Origin: Leucoraja ocellata
Lineage: Eukaryota
Direction of reading: 5' to 3'
DNA: 64,000 nucleotides
Assembly: GCA_036785375.1 (NCBI GenBank)
Contig: JAWMAR010000007.1
Location: forward strand, 11,036,001-11,100,000
Shown here: piece after piece, positions 46,626-60,635 of the stretch
How positions within the stretch are numbered: position 1 is the stretch's first letter
Layout: the number at the start of each line of letters is the position of its first letter
Program-made: the position numbers and the translations under genes
The notes under the pieces: generated by a model
What the model was told of the DNA's origin: nothing
What the model saw: the letters and a program-made list of their open reading frames with translations, nothing else
The model's database searches: none

Positions 46626-49600
46626 AAAAAAAAAAAAAAATTATTTATTAGTAGTAAGTACAATACAGTGGTGCCTTTTTACAGGTTCCCTAAATTATGT
46701 TAACATATTACATTCTCTGTACAACTTCCTTTTTTTTTCTTTAAAGAGAAAAGTAAGAAGAGAAAAAGAAAAAGAGGTAGTAAAGAGTGAAGGATGGGCT
46801 GGTGTGCGTGAGTAAGAAGCAGAAAAAGGAAATAGTGAAGAAAAGATATAGGTGAGGGAGGAAAGCAGGAGGGAGTTTATCCAATCGCCACAAGGAGATG
46901 ATTTTTTATATTCTAGGTCGTCTTTCACCCATACCTGAAACTTTTATTTTTTACGATACTGTTGCACCACATGACTCCAAGAAATCAATAAATGGAGACC
47001 AACTCATTAAGAATTGGTCTTGTTTGTCTATTAGGAGGAGTCTCATTTCTTCCAAATATGCTGTGTCCAACATATTACTGATCCACATTTTAACTGTTGG
47101 TGTATTAACATTTTTCCAAAATTTAAGTATGTTTTTTTGCTATTATTAACCCATAATTAAAGAATGAGTTTTGGGGTTTATTTAATTTATTCCCATCTCC
47201 CTTTACTCCAAATAGAATCGTTTCAGTATTCGGTTCCATTTTTATCTTAAATAGATTTGTGAATATATCAAATATATCACACCAAAATTTATGAAGTTTT
47301 GTACAAGAAACAAATGAGTGTGTGATATTAACATTTTGAGAAAGACATTTATCACAGATGGGAGAGATATTTGGACATAATTTATTCAACCTAGTTTTTG
47401 AATAATATAATCTATGTAATATTATAAATAGAATTAAACTTTGTCTAGCGTTAATCAAACATTTATGTATATATATCAAATACTTTTCCCATGTTTCTTT
47501 TGAGATTTTTGTAATTAATTATTTTTCCCAGTCTTCTCTAATTGCCTCTGTTGATGGTCATTCTCTGTTTAAAATACTGTTATATAGATATGATATTAAT
47601 TTTTGTGACCGCCTTGATATTCACTGCTTCTTCCAGTGGATCTAAAATTATACTTTGAAATCTTGGTATATATTTCTTCATAAAATCACATACCTGTAAA
47701 TATTTAAAATATTGGTTGTTATTCAATTTAAATTTTGATTTTAGTTGTTGAAATGATAATAAATGTTCCATTTCATACAAGTCACCTACCTTTTTAATTC
47801 CCACTCTTTCCCATTGTCTATATGTTTTATCCATACCAGATGGTTTAAATACTGGGTTATTCACTATTGGTGTTAGCACTGATAAGTTTCTTAATTTTAA
47901 AGTTAATTTTATTTGTTTCCAGATTCGTATTATATTATGTATAATTGGATTCTTCTTATATAATATATTGTTCAGTTTTATTGGGGAGAAGAGGATCGCT
48001 CCTAAATCGTAAGGAGAGCAATCCTCTTTCTCCATTCTCCTCCATTCCAACTGTTGAGCAGAACTATCCAACCAGTAAATTATATTCTTAATATGCACTG
48101 CCCAATAATAATATAAAAAATAAGGCAGTGCAAGTCCCCCTACCTCTTTGGGTTTGCACAAGTGGTTTCTTTTAATTCTGTGTGCTTTATAATCCCAAAT
48201 AAAGTTGGTAATATTCAAGTCTAATTTTTTTTTTTAAATGTTTTGGTATATATATTGGTATAGATTGGAATAAATATATTATTTTTGGTAAAATTATCAT
48301 TTTTATAACATTTATTCTGCCAATTAATGATAGTGGGAGCGTTCTCCAAAATTTAATCAGAGCATTCAATTTATTTAATAATGGTATAAAATTAGCATTA
48401 AATAATGATTTATATCTTCTAGTAACTTGAATACCCAAATACTTAAATTTTTCCGTTGCAATTTTAAATGGAAATTTTAATAGGTTAGTCGCTTTCTGGG
48501 GTTTTAGTGTCATAATTTCACTTTTAATCCAGTTTATTCTATAACCAGAAAAAGAGCCAAATTCCTCTATTAAATTTAATAAATTTGAGATACTCGTTTG
48601 TGAATTTGTAATATATAAAAGTATATCATCTGCATATAGTGACATTTTATTACTAGAGTCCTTAGCATTATATCCTTGATTATTTGGATGCCTTCGTATC
48701 CTTTCAGCAAGCGGCTCTATCATAAGGGCAAATAGCAGGGGTGATAAAACACAGCCTATTGCCCCTCGATAATTGAAATTTTGGAGATAACATATTATTA
48801 GTTAATATTCTTGCCATTGGTTTATCATATCCCAAACAGTCAGCTTCAGGGAGTCTCAATGGCTTCCGCCCAGTGGCACTCACCCCCCTCATCGCGAAGT
48901 GCTTTGAGCGACTGATCTTGGCTCACCTCAAAGCCAGCCTCCCTCCCACACTGGACCCCATCAGTTTGCCTACCGGCCCAACAGGTCTACAGAGGATGCC
49001 ATATCTGCGGCCCTACACTCTGCCCTGACCCACCTGGGCAATAACAACTCCTACATCAGGTTGTTGTTCATCGACTTCAGCTCCGCATTTAATACTGTCA
49101 TCCCCGCCAGCTTGATCACCAAACTCACCACCTCCCTCTGCAATTGGACACTGGATTTCCTCACCAACAGACCACAGTCTGTTAGGATCAACAACCTCAC
49201 CTCCTCCACTCTGACACTGAACACCGGCGTGCCACAGGGCTGTGTGCTCAGCCCTCTCCTCTACTCCCTCTTCACCCATGACTGCGTCCCTATGTATGGC
49301 TCCAACGCCATCATAAAATTTGCCGATGACACCACGGTGGTAGGTCTGATCAGGGGCAATAACGAATCAGCCTATAGGGAGGAGGTCCAGAACCTGGCAG
49401 CCTGGTGTACCAATAATAACCTCGTCCTCAACTCAAAGAAGATGAAGGAAATCATCGTTGACTTCAGGAAGGCCAGAGGTGGCAGACATACTCCCATCCA
49501 CATAAATGGGACGGAGGTGGAGCGCGTCTCCTACTACAAATTCCTCGGGGTACATATCTCAGAGGATCTGTCCTGGTCCCTCAATACCACCAAACTGATC

Positions 49601-51536
49601 AAAAAGGCACAGCAGCGCCTCTAGTTTCTGAGGAGGCTTAAGAAAGTTCACCTGTCCCCCCAGATCCTGTCAAACCTCTACCACTGTACCATCGAAAGCA
49701 TCCTGACCATCTGCTTCACGGTATGGTACAGCAGCTGCACCACAGCTGACAGGAAGGCACTGCAACGGGTGGTGAAAACCGCTCAGCACATCATCAGTGC
49801 CCCGCTCCCTGTCATGGATGCCCTCCACCGCAAACGGTGTCTGAGACGGGCCGGGAAAATCATCAAGGGCCCCTCTCACCGTAACCATGGACTATTTGCC
49901 CTCCTCCCATCAGGGAGGAAGTACAGGAGCCTCAGTTCTTGCACAAGCAGGCTGAGGAACAGCTTTTTCAATAACACCATTACACTGCTGAACTCACAGT
50001 CCCGACGCTAACTATCATTTATACTCTCCCATCTGTATACATTTATTTGCCTATGTACTAGTTTAATTCATCCACATTGCAGATATTGTTTAACCAGTAT
50101 TTTTATTTCTACTATCTTGCACTCTGACCAGATGCTAAACTGCATTTCGTCGTACCTGTACTCGTATGTGTGCAATGACAATAAAGTTGAATCAAATCAA
50201 ATCAAATCAAATATAGTAATTTTACTCATCTAATAAAATTGTGTCCCATATTACATTTTTGGAGTACTTTGTATAAATACTGCCATTCTACCTGATCAAA
50301 TGCTTTCTCTGCATCCAAAGATATAACTGATAAATCTTCCTTTTCCGTTTTGTATGAATACATTAAATATTAAAAAGGCGTCTCAGATTGTTAGATGATT
50401 GTCTTTTAGGTATAAACCCTGTTTGGTCTGGATTTATCAATATATTAATATATTTACTCAATCTTCTTGCTAAAGTCTTTGCTAAAATTTTCTGATCTGT
50501 ATTTAGGAGTGATATGGCTCTATATGAGCCCGGCGCTTCTAAATCTTTATCTTTTTTAGGTATTAGCATAATTGTAGATTCTGCTAGTGTTTCTGGTAAT
50601 TTATTTTCGGTAAAAGCCTACGCATATAATTTAAGTAACCGTGGGACCATTAACTCCTGAAAACCCTTATAAAATTCATTATTAAAACCATCTGGTCCTG
50701 GCATTTTCCTATTTTTCAGGTAATTTATTGGTTCACTTATTTCTTCACTTGTGATCTGAGCTCCTAATTCCTCTTGTTCTAAGATATCCAATTTTGGCAG
50801 ATTACAATTATCTAAAAAATCTATAATTTTATTTTCTTCTATTTTAGTTTTAGGCATATATAAGTTTTGATAAAATTGGGCAAACCTTTTATTAATATCC
50901 TTGGGTAACGTTAATAGTTCCCCATTCTCTGATTTGATTTTAGTAATAGTCTTTTCCTTTTCTTGATTCCTCAATTGTCACGCTAGATGTTTATGTGGTT
51001 TATCGCCAAATTCAAACTGTGCCTGTTTTGTAATCTGAAATAATCTCATTACTCTTGCCGATAATATTCGATTAAGTTTAAATTTCAATAATGTGATCTT
51101 ATTATGTTTATCTATAGTTGGGTCTTTTGCGTTATCTAATTCTAATAGTTTAATTTCCTTTTCTAACGTCCCTTGTTCTATCATATTCCTTTTATTTTGG
51201 AAACTTTGATATGAGATTATAACTCCACGGATAAATGCATTAAAAGTTTCCCATAATAAAGATGGTGAAATACCCGGTGTCTCGTTTGTCTCAAAAAAAA
51301 AATTTCATTTGTTGTTTAAAATACTTGTAACCTTGTGGGTTATTAACTATTTGTGTATTAAATCTCCAAAAAGATTTTATACCTGGCATTCCCTCTACTT
51401 TTAAAGTAAAAGTCAATGGGGAGTGATCAGAAATAATACTATTATGATATTTAGGATTAATTGTGTATGGAATTAATTTTGTGTCCACTAAAAAATAATA
51501 AATTCTTGAGAATTTTTATGTACCGCTGAGTAAAAC
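46626..51536 (-). mobile_element. 5'-truncated degenerate L1 (ORF2), itself interrupted by Rex1
   Basis: Fragments homologous to the L1 ORF2 at 814-4614; 15-bp TSD GAGGTTATCCACTTT at 46611-46625 and 51537-51551. Confidence 0.92.
48830..50210 (+). mobile_element. Rex1/Babar-like LINE, 5'-truncated
   Basis: [35 protein letters not shown]; AATAAAG plus (AATCA)n tail. Confidence 0.88.
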
Positions 51537-54500
51537 GAGGTTATCCACTTTGGTGGCAAAAACAAGAAGGCAGATTACTATCTAAATGATGTCAAGTTGG
51601 GAAAAGGGGAAGTACAACAGAATTGGGGGTCCTTGTACATCAGTCTATGAAAGTAAGCATGCAGGTACAGCAGGCAGTGAAGAAAGCGAATGGCATGTTG
51701 GCCTTTATATCAAGAGGAATCGAATATAAGAGCAAAGAGGTCCTCTTGCAGTTGGACAGAGCCCTAGTGAGACCACACCTGGAGTATTGTTTGCAGTTTT
51801 GGTCCCATAATTTGAGGAAGGACATTCTTGCTATAGAAGGAGTGCAGCGTAGGTTTACAAGGTTAATTCCCGGGATGGCGGGACTATGCTGAGAGAATGG
51901 AGCAGCTGGGTTTGTACACTCTGCAGTTTAGAAGGATGAGAGGGTATCTCATTGAAACATATAAGATTGTTAAGGGTTTGGACAAGCTACAGGCAGGAAA
52001 CATGTTCCCGATGTTGGGGGAGTCCAGAACCAGGGCCACAGTTTAAGAATAAGGGGTAAGTCATTTAGAACAGAGACGAGGAAACGCTTTTTCTCACAGA
52101 TAGTGGTGTGTCTATGGAATTCTCTGCTTCAGAGGGCGGTGGAGGCAGGTTCTCTGGATGCTTTCAAGAGAGAGCTAGATAGGGCTCTTAAAAATAGTAG
52201 AGTCAGGGGATATTGGGAGAAGGCAGGAATGGGGTACTGATTGGGGATGATCAGCCATGATCACATTGAATGGCAGAGCTGGCTCGAAGGGCCAAATGGC
52301 TTACTCCTGCACCTATTGTCTATTGTCTATTAATCACCTATCATTTTCCAATTTTTCCACATCACCAAATATATGCCAGCTTTGAAATTGAGAATGCACA
52401 GCACAGAATGGGCCATTCGGCCCAGATTGTCTGTCCTGGGGTCCTCGCTTTGCCCAGCCTCACTCCCCCTATACATCACAACTGATCACTATTTTTATCC
52501 TCTCCATCGTGTGTTGAACCAGCATTTTACCTTGAATACATCTCTGCTGTTCCCCTCAGTTTTCCCTTTAGGAACCAGTTTCACATCCTGGCCGCTCTCT
52601 GGGGAAAACATTTTCTCCTGATTTCCCTTTTTGATTGATGTTGGCACAATGATGGAATAGAGCTGCTGCCAGGGTTCGGTTCTAACCTCCAGTGCTGGCA
52701 ATGTGAAGTTTGCACGTTTTCCCTGTGACCATGGTTTCCTCTTGGTGCTCCAATTTCTTCCCACGTCCCACTGATGTGTGGGTTGGTGGGTGTATATTGG
52801 CTGCTGTAAATTGTTCCTGGTGTGTAGGTCAAGGATAGAATTATGGGGCAGGGTGATAGAGGTCAATTGGAAGAATCACATAGGATTGGTCTAAATTCAT
52901 ATTTGACAATTAGCACAGCTCATTGGGCCTGTTTCTGTGCTGTTTGATTACAGATTTCCCAATGATTACATATGGTACATACAGCAGTGCAGCACAGGAA
53001 AAGGCTGTGCTAAACATGATGTCAAGCTAAACTAATCTCCTCTCGTGCGGAAAGGTTCAAATCGAAGATAGACATAGATGCATCTCTGGAGTGAAGGAAT
53101 GGGTGACGTTTCGGGTCGAGACCCTACTTCAGACTAATCTCATCTCTCTGTACATGGTCCATATCTGTCTATTCCCTGCATATCAATGTTCCTATTGATG
53201 TGCCTAACTAAAAGCCTCTTAAATGCCACTGTTATGCCTTATTTACCACCACCCCTGGCAGTACATTCCAACCAACACCATCCTCCGCACATCTCCTCTA
53301 AACATTGTTCCTTTCACCTTAAACCTATGCCCTGTAGTCTTTAATTTTTCCACCCTGGGAAAAGGTTCTGAATGTCTACCCTATCTGCGCCTCTCATAAA
53401 TGTATATAGTAATCAGGCCTCCCTTCAGCTACCCACATTCCAGAGAGAAGTCTGTACAACCTTTCCTTATAGCCAATACCCTGTAATCCAAGCATCATTC
53501 TGGTAAACCTCCTTTGCATCTATTCCTAAGCATCCACATGCTCCCTATATTGGGGCCACCGGAACTGCACCCATACTCCAAATGGAGCCTAACCAAAGTC
53601 CTATAAAGTTGCATCATAACTAATTGACTTATTCTCAATGCGTGCAACTTGTGATGGTGTAGTGCTACCTCAGTACAAGTTTGCATAGATTAGATCAGAG
53701 AGTTACCCTGTTGTTTTACACACAGTCAACTTAAAGAATGATATCGAAATTATTAAATCATAGACGTCATTCTTTGTTCACAATACGCTGCTTGCTCCTA
53801 TTCCAGACGGAAGATTAACAGACTGCCAACATGTGCCATCTGATCAGCTGCAATTCTTTCTGCTACCTGAAAGCCAACCTATTGATTGGAAGTTGTTGCC
53901 GGAATTGTATTAAATGTATATAATATTGATTTTGCATAATAATTTTACATTAAAGCTGTCACCCTTTCTGGATATCTCTGGATTGTAGCCATCTTTTATT
54001 GGAAAATCCAGAGATAAAACATAATTAAATGATGTAAAGAGGCTTTGAATAAATTACGCATACTTCGAGTTATGGTGTCACTTGTATCAGCCTATCTGGT
54101 CTTTCGCAGATTTTTGTTGGAGGAGGACATGATTCTACACAATGTCTATGCAAGATTTCAACATTTGCATTTCTATGTACCTGTATTTACATTTCATGCT
54201 CCACTGTGATATCTCCACAAGGTATGTCTACTTTGAAGAAGATCTCCTTCTCTCTCCTCCTCTCTCTGTATCAAGTTCTGTGACACCCTCTTACTGCTCC
54301 CCCTCTGTGATTCCAGCTGCTCCCTTGCTCTTATCCACCATCACTTGCAAAGCTTTAACCTCCCCGCAAGTTTTGCAGTTTTCTCTCCACTACCACAATC
54401 AGTCTGAAGAAGGGTCCTGGCCTGAAATGTCACCAATCCATGTTCTCCTGAGATACTGCCTGATATGCTAAGTTACTCCACCACTTTGTGTTGTACGCAA

Positions 54501-54870
54501 GATTTCAGCATCTGCAATTCCTTGTGTCTACCATCTGAGTATGATTCCCCTTCAATCCTTATTCTGCTCTCTGATATTAACCACATTCCAATTCTGTTGA
54601 CATCATTTAATTCTGTTTTTATAGACCCATCATTGAATAAAGTTCTTATAATTAAAACTATCTTGATGATAACCCCTCTTTACTAGCTCCAGTGAATGCT
54701 CGTGGGATTATCCATTTGTTCAATATCTACTATTCTACCAATTGAATTGTTCATCTTGTTTGCATTTCTTTCTTTTCCGTCACACATATAAGGTGTTTAA
54801 TTTAAAAACTAACCTTTTGCATCTCAGCTCCTAACCTCAGTTCTGCTCATATCAAGAAGTATCAAGAAAA

Positions 54871-57490
54871 ACTCAGAGCTCCCGTGCATTTTGAAGAAAC
54901 AGCAGAAAAGAGCAGGAAAAATCACTGATTGGCTCTAGCCCGAGTGGGAGGAGAGTTAGAAGTGAGTCAGAGGGGGAAAACAGTTGAAAAGGAGAGGCAA
55001 ATCACAGGCAGACTTAACTCAGAGCTCCTGTGGATTTTGAAGAAACAGCAGTAAAGAGAAGCAGGAAAAAGCACTGATTAGCTCTAGCCCGAGTGGGAGG
55101 AGAGTTAGAAGTGAGTCAGAGGGGGAAAAAGTTTAAAACTGAAGAATTTGGTTTGTAAATTGGTAAATTAGGCATTTTATCACTCAATATAAGCAAGATG
55201 GCTCTTAGGGAGCAGCAGTGAGGGAGCGGCTTTGTGAGAAAAGTGTGAGTCTTTGGCTCGAGAGTCTTCGGTGGGGAGGCTGAGGAGAGGAGGCTACGCA
55301 TAAAGCTCGAGAGGACGGAACATGGTGCACACATGTCGGGGCAGATGAGACAGTGTGAGGCTTGCAGAATGTGGAGCCCAGGAACACAGATGGAGCCTCT
55401 GGCTGCTACAACTGTGGCAAGTGCGTCCAGCTTCAGGACTGTGTTGGGGAACTGGAGAAGCAGCTGGATGACCTCAAGACCATCCAGGAAAACGAGAGTT
55501 TCCTGGACAGGATCTACAATGAGGTAGTCACGCCGAGGTTACGGGAAGAACCAAGATGTGTGACAGCGAGAAAGGGTGGAATTTGTGGAGTGCAGAAGAC
55601 CCAGGTGATGTGCCTAATGAAAACAGGTACGCCCTCTTAGGAACTGTCCGGGGAGACAATGTTTCCAGTCCGAGCGGCGGACAAGTCGGTGGCTACAATC
55701 CTGGAGTTGGGACTCGACCGGCGAGACCGACATCAGGCAGAACCCTAGTGATGGGTGACTCCATTGTCCGAAGAGTGGACAGGAGATTCTGTGGCAGCAG
55801 ACGAGTTGTGAGGATGGTCTGTTGCCTCCCTGGTGTCAGGGTTCATGATGTCACGAGCCGAATTCTGAACATCCTCGAGAGAGAAGGTGAACAGCCGGCA
55901 GTAGTTGTGCACAGAGGCACAAACAACATCGGGAAGAAGAGGAAAGAGGTTCTCCAACATGAGTTCAGAGAGTTGGGAAGAAGACTGAAATGCTGGACTT
56001 CTAGGGTGGTTATCTCTGGATTGCTTCCAGTACCACGTGCTAGTGAGGACAGGAACAGGGAGATAGGGGATCTGAATGTGTGGCTGAGGGGCTGGTGCAG
56101 GGAGCAAGGATTTAGATTTATAGACCACTGGGATCTCTTCTGGGGTAGGGGTGAACTGAACGGGTTACACTTTAACTGGACAGGGAACGACATTCTTGCA
56201 GGCAAGTTTGCTAGGGCTTTACGTGTGGGTTTAAACTAAATAGTGGGGGGTAGGGATTGACAAATTGGGAGTATAAAGATGGAGTTGAAGGGGAAGTGGC
56301 TACAGGAAAAATTACAAAAGATTCTCGAATTAATGGGAAGGAAAGCTTGAGATTGGACAACAGAGTAAGGTCAGGGCCAATTGCAAGCGGTGCGAGGGAT
56401 GAAGTGAATATGGAGGTCAAAGTACTGTATATGAATGCACGAAGTATAAGGAATAAAGTGGACGAGATTGAGACTCAGTTAGAAACTGGCAAGTATGATG
56501 TTGTGGGAATTACTGAGACATGGCTGCAAGAGGCCCAGGGCTGGGAACTGAATATTCAAGGGTATACCTCCTATCGAAAAGACAGACAGGTGGGCAGAGG
56601 GGGTGGGGTTGCCCTGTTGGTGAGGAATTAAATTCAGTCCCTTGCAAAGGGTGACATTGAAACAGGAGATGTGGAGTCAATATGGATAGAATTAAGAAAT
56701 TGTAAGGGTTAAAAGACCCTAATGGGACTAATCTACAGGCCCCCAAACAGTAGCCTGGACATAGGGAGCAAGTTGAATCAAGAGTTAAAATTGGCATGTA
56801 GTAAAAGTAATGCTGTGGGTGATATGGGAGATTTCAACATGCAGGTAGACTGGGAAAATCAGGTTGGTACTGGACCCCAGGAAAGGGACTTTGTAGAGTG
56901 CCTTTGTGATGGATTCTTTGAACAGCTTGTATTGGAGCCTACCAGGGAGAAGGCAATTCTGGATTTACCGTCATGTAGTGATCTGGATTTGATAAAGGAC
57001 ATCGAGGTGAACGAGCCATTAGGAGGCAGTGACCTTAACATGGTTAGGTTTAATCTACAATTGAAGAGGGAGAAGAGTAGATCAGAGGTGTCAGTGTTGC
57101 AGTTGAATAAAGGGGACTATGGGGCCATGAGGGAGAAGCTGGCCAAAGTTGACTGGAAAGATACACTAGCAGGGATGACAGTGGAACAAAAATGGCAGGT
57201 ATTTCTAGGAATAATACAGAAGGTGCAGGATCAGTTCATTCCAAAAAGGAAGAAAGATTCCAAGGGGAGTAAGGGGCGACCATGGCTGACAAGGGATGTC
57301 AGGGACAGTATAACATTTTTAGCGAAAAGTACAACGTAGCAAAGACGAGCGGGAACCAAAAGGTTTGGGTAATGTTTAAAGAACAACAGAAGATAACCAA
57401 AAAGACAATACGGGGACAAAAGATGAGGTGGCGGTGATGGCTCGAAGGGCCGAATGGCCTACTCCTGCACCTATTGTCTATTGTCTATTG
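54871..57490 (+). mobile_element. CR1 element with 5'UTR monomers, ORF1 and endonuclease, but no RT before the 3' tail
   Basis: CxxC zinc-finger and SGNH ORF1 (55333-56239), then EN fragments (YMNARSI, GDFN). At ~57430 it jumps to GGCTCGAAGGGCCGAATGGCC...(CTATTGT)n. Confidence 0.85.
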
Positions 57491-57494
57491 TTTA

Positions 57495-57890
57495 CCCCCT
57501 GACCACCCACCACCCCCCCACCAGACATCGCCTCGGCCTCAGTCCACTCACCTGCCTTCCTCCGGCCCCAACCCCCATTCCTGCCGTGTGTTCACCATTC
57601 CCCCTGACCTCCCCCTCTCAGATACTGAACGGTCTGTCCTCAGCAGAGGCCTCACCTTTGTCCCCTTCCATCCCCACCTCAATGAGTTCCGCGCCGCCGC
57701 GATTTGGAGCGCTTCTTCCGTCGCCTCCGCCTCACACCCTTCTTCCATGGGAATGAGTCCTCGCCCCCATTGATGATCCCTTTTCCCATCACCAACGGAC
57801 CCCCTCCTCTTGGAACCCCCCCTCATGGCCATCTTCCGGCTTTAGACCATTTTATTATAAACTGCCGACGGGACATCAACCATCTCAACA
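57495..57890 (+). mobile_element. Penelope-like element N-terminal ORF fragment
   Basis: LSDTERSVLSRGLTFVP...ERFFRRLRL resembles PLE ORF N-termini. Confidence 0.55.
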
Positions 57891-58179
57891 GTATATAATA
57901 CCATGTAATCCTGTGTTCAGGGAAGTGGAGAGAGGACAGCCAAGTGTCCGTGTTGCTGACTTGGCTGGGGCTTGTTTTCCTTGCCATTTCCGTCGGACGA
58001 TAATTGGTAAAGTTTTGAATTGGTCTACCAAACTGCTTTGTGATTTGTCTGTTTATTAAGACGTGAACCTGTTTGTTTAGTTATAAGTTAGCCTTTTTCA
58101 AGCAGATTTGATTCAGATTTGAATCAGGTTTTTCAATATAATTGTCAATAAGGAACAATTCTTTAAGAAATAGTTCCCA

Positions 58180-59022
58180 ACGGGAGGCACATGCAAAAGC
58201 CACAGAAGCTATTTTGGAAAGTTACAGCGCTATCACTGATGCCCTCAATCATTTGTACTCCGATGTTAATGTGAAGGGTGATACCAGGCTTCAAGCTAAC
58301 AATCTTTTGCAGAAAATGGAAGAACTGGAATTTGTGTTTATGCTGCATTTTTGGACACGTCTGCTAAGTCATTTCCACAAGGTCAACAAAGCCATTCAGA
58401 AATCCAAACAAGTTATTGAGTACTTGTGCAAGTTTGTACAGTTCAGGATTTTGTACGCAAAATTAGAGAAGATTTTGATGAGCTTGAGCAACAAGCAAAG
58501 GCCACCTTGCCAGATGTTAATTCCAGAACTGTCACAGGGAGACAAAGAGTAAGGAAGTGGCAAGGAAATGATGGAAGTGCACCTGGTTCTGATGCTTTAG
58601 ATAACTCTCTTCAAGATATAATTTTAGGAAAAAATCCTTTATCCCTATGCGAGATGCACTTGAAACCAATTTAAAAAGAAGAGATATTGTGTACAGTGAA
58701 GTTGCACAACAGTTTTCCTTTCTTGCTAATCTGACCACATTTAAGCAAGAAATTCAGCAAGGTGTTGAACATTTGATGGAAGCATACCCAGAAGATGTTG
58801 ACCTGAAACTTACTGATGAACTTTTGCACTTTCACTCATACGTGAGACAAAGCCATAGGCATACAGAAGAGCACTCTCTGTCTCATGCAGACCTTTATCA
58901 AATAATATACAAGGAAACAATTCAGATGGTCTTCCCTAATGTGGAAGCAATCTTGCGGCTGTTTCTTAGCTCAATAGTCACCAACTGCTCGGGAGAGAGG
59001 TCTTTTTCAAGACTCAAAAGAA
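58180..59022 (+). mobile_element. hAT-family (ZMYM1-like) transposase relic
   Basis: Frameshifted ORFs; C-terminal dimerisation motif FPNVEAILRLFLSSIVTNCSGERSFSRLKR. Confidence 0.8.
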
Positions 59023-59574
59023 TGTGCAGAATCCTGTCCCACCGTCGGTGTATTCCAAGGAGCTTTGCAAACAATGAAGCTCGGTGAAGCACTGTGATTG
59101 TGATGTTGGGGAAAGCAGAAACTAGTGCACAAATAACTTTCCACAAACAGCAATGACCAGGCTAGGAAGAACCGTACCATCCAATCAGTGTTCTTGGTAA
59201 GCAGCAACCTGGCACATGTCACCAGAGGATTTATCCCTGACCTCAGTAAAATTCACTGGACAAACTAATCCCACCTAGACACCAGAAATCATGGATTTGT
59301 TTTTGTTTCTAGTTGTGTTTTGCTCTAATGTATCGATTTCGCTTTATAATATTTTGATTGTCTTGCAGAATTTGTGTGATTTATGTATCATTTGTTTATG
59401 TGTCTGAGTCTATGTACCTCTGATGCTGCTGCAAGCAAGATTTTCATTGTACCCGTACCTCACTATACCGACGCATATGTGACAATAAACCGCAAGAATA
59501 AAATGTGAAATTCAGACATTTCTAGTGGTGGGGTAACTGTGAAAATCCCTGCAAAGGGAATATTGATCTGATGT

Positions 59575-60595
59575 GAATGTGTCCTTTAGGACCGGACAAT
59601 GTTTCCCCCTCTACTCTCAAGCTCTGTGCCGAACAACTGGCACAGACATTTTTAACCAGTCCCTGCAAACCTGTATTGACCCTGCCTGTTTCAAAGTCTC
59701 CGTTATTGTCCCTGTACCCAAAAAGACAAGGATTACTGGTCTTAATGACTACAGGCTTGTCACACTGACCTCTGTAGTCATGAAGACCCTTGAAAGGGTT
59801 GTGCTGGCCAAGCTGAAAAATATCACAAACCCCCTGCTGGACCCTCTGCAGTTTGCATATCGGGCCAATAGAACAGTGGGTAACACAGTCAGCCTAGGCC
59901 TGCACTTCATCCTCCAGCACCTAGACAGCCTAGATTAATTGTGCCAGAGCTACTACACTCCAAACTTTCCGAGTTGTCTGTGACCTGAACCCCTCTGTCG
60001 GTGGATCACCAGCTTTCTAACAGACAGGAAGCAGCATGTGAGTCTGGGAAAGCACATCTCGGACCCTCAGCAGAGGAGCACGGCAAGGCTGCACACTCTC
60101 CCCTCTCCTCTACTCTCTCTACACCAACGGCTGCACCTCCACAGACACCTCTGTCAAGCTTCTCAAGTTTGCGGACAATGCAACCCTGATTGGACTGATC
60201 CAGGATGGGGAGGAATCTGCCGACAGGCAGGAAGTGTCACAGCTGGCGTGCTGGTGCCAACGCAACAACCTGGAGCTCAATGCTCTTAAGGCAGTGGAAT
60301 TGATTGTAGACTTTAGGAGAGTTCCCCTTCCCCTCACCCCACTCACCATCAACAATACCACAGTCACATCTGTGGAGTCTTTTAAGTTCCTGGGAACCAT
60401 CATCTCCAAGGACCTTAAGTGGGGGGCTACCATCGACTCCACAGTCAAAAAAGCACAACAGAGGATGTATTTCCAACGGCAGCTGAGGAAGCACAATGTG
60501 CCACAGGCAATGATGGTCCAATTCTATATGGTGATCGTAGAGTCTGTCCTCACCTTCTCCATCATGGTCTGGTTTGGCTCAGCTACCAATCACGA
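59575..60595 (+). mobile_element. Rex1/Babar-like LINE relic
   Basis: [43 protein letters not shown], with internal deletions. Confidence 0.82.
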
Positions 60596-60635
60596 CAATA
60601 CAATACAATACAATACAATACAATACAATACAATA
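60596..60635. repeat. (CAATA)n microsatellite
   Basis: About 8 direct pentamer copies; probably the tail of a minus-strand unclassified repeat at 60636-61465. Confidence 0.9.

Larger units (their letters stand above)
46240..52330 (+). mobile_element. CR1 RT/3' fragment split by an L1 insertion
   Basis: The RT frame (...KCEVIHF) stops at 46625 and resumes at 51537 (EVIHFGGKN...). The 3' tail (CTATTGT)n is at ~52311-52330. Confidence 0.9.
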
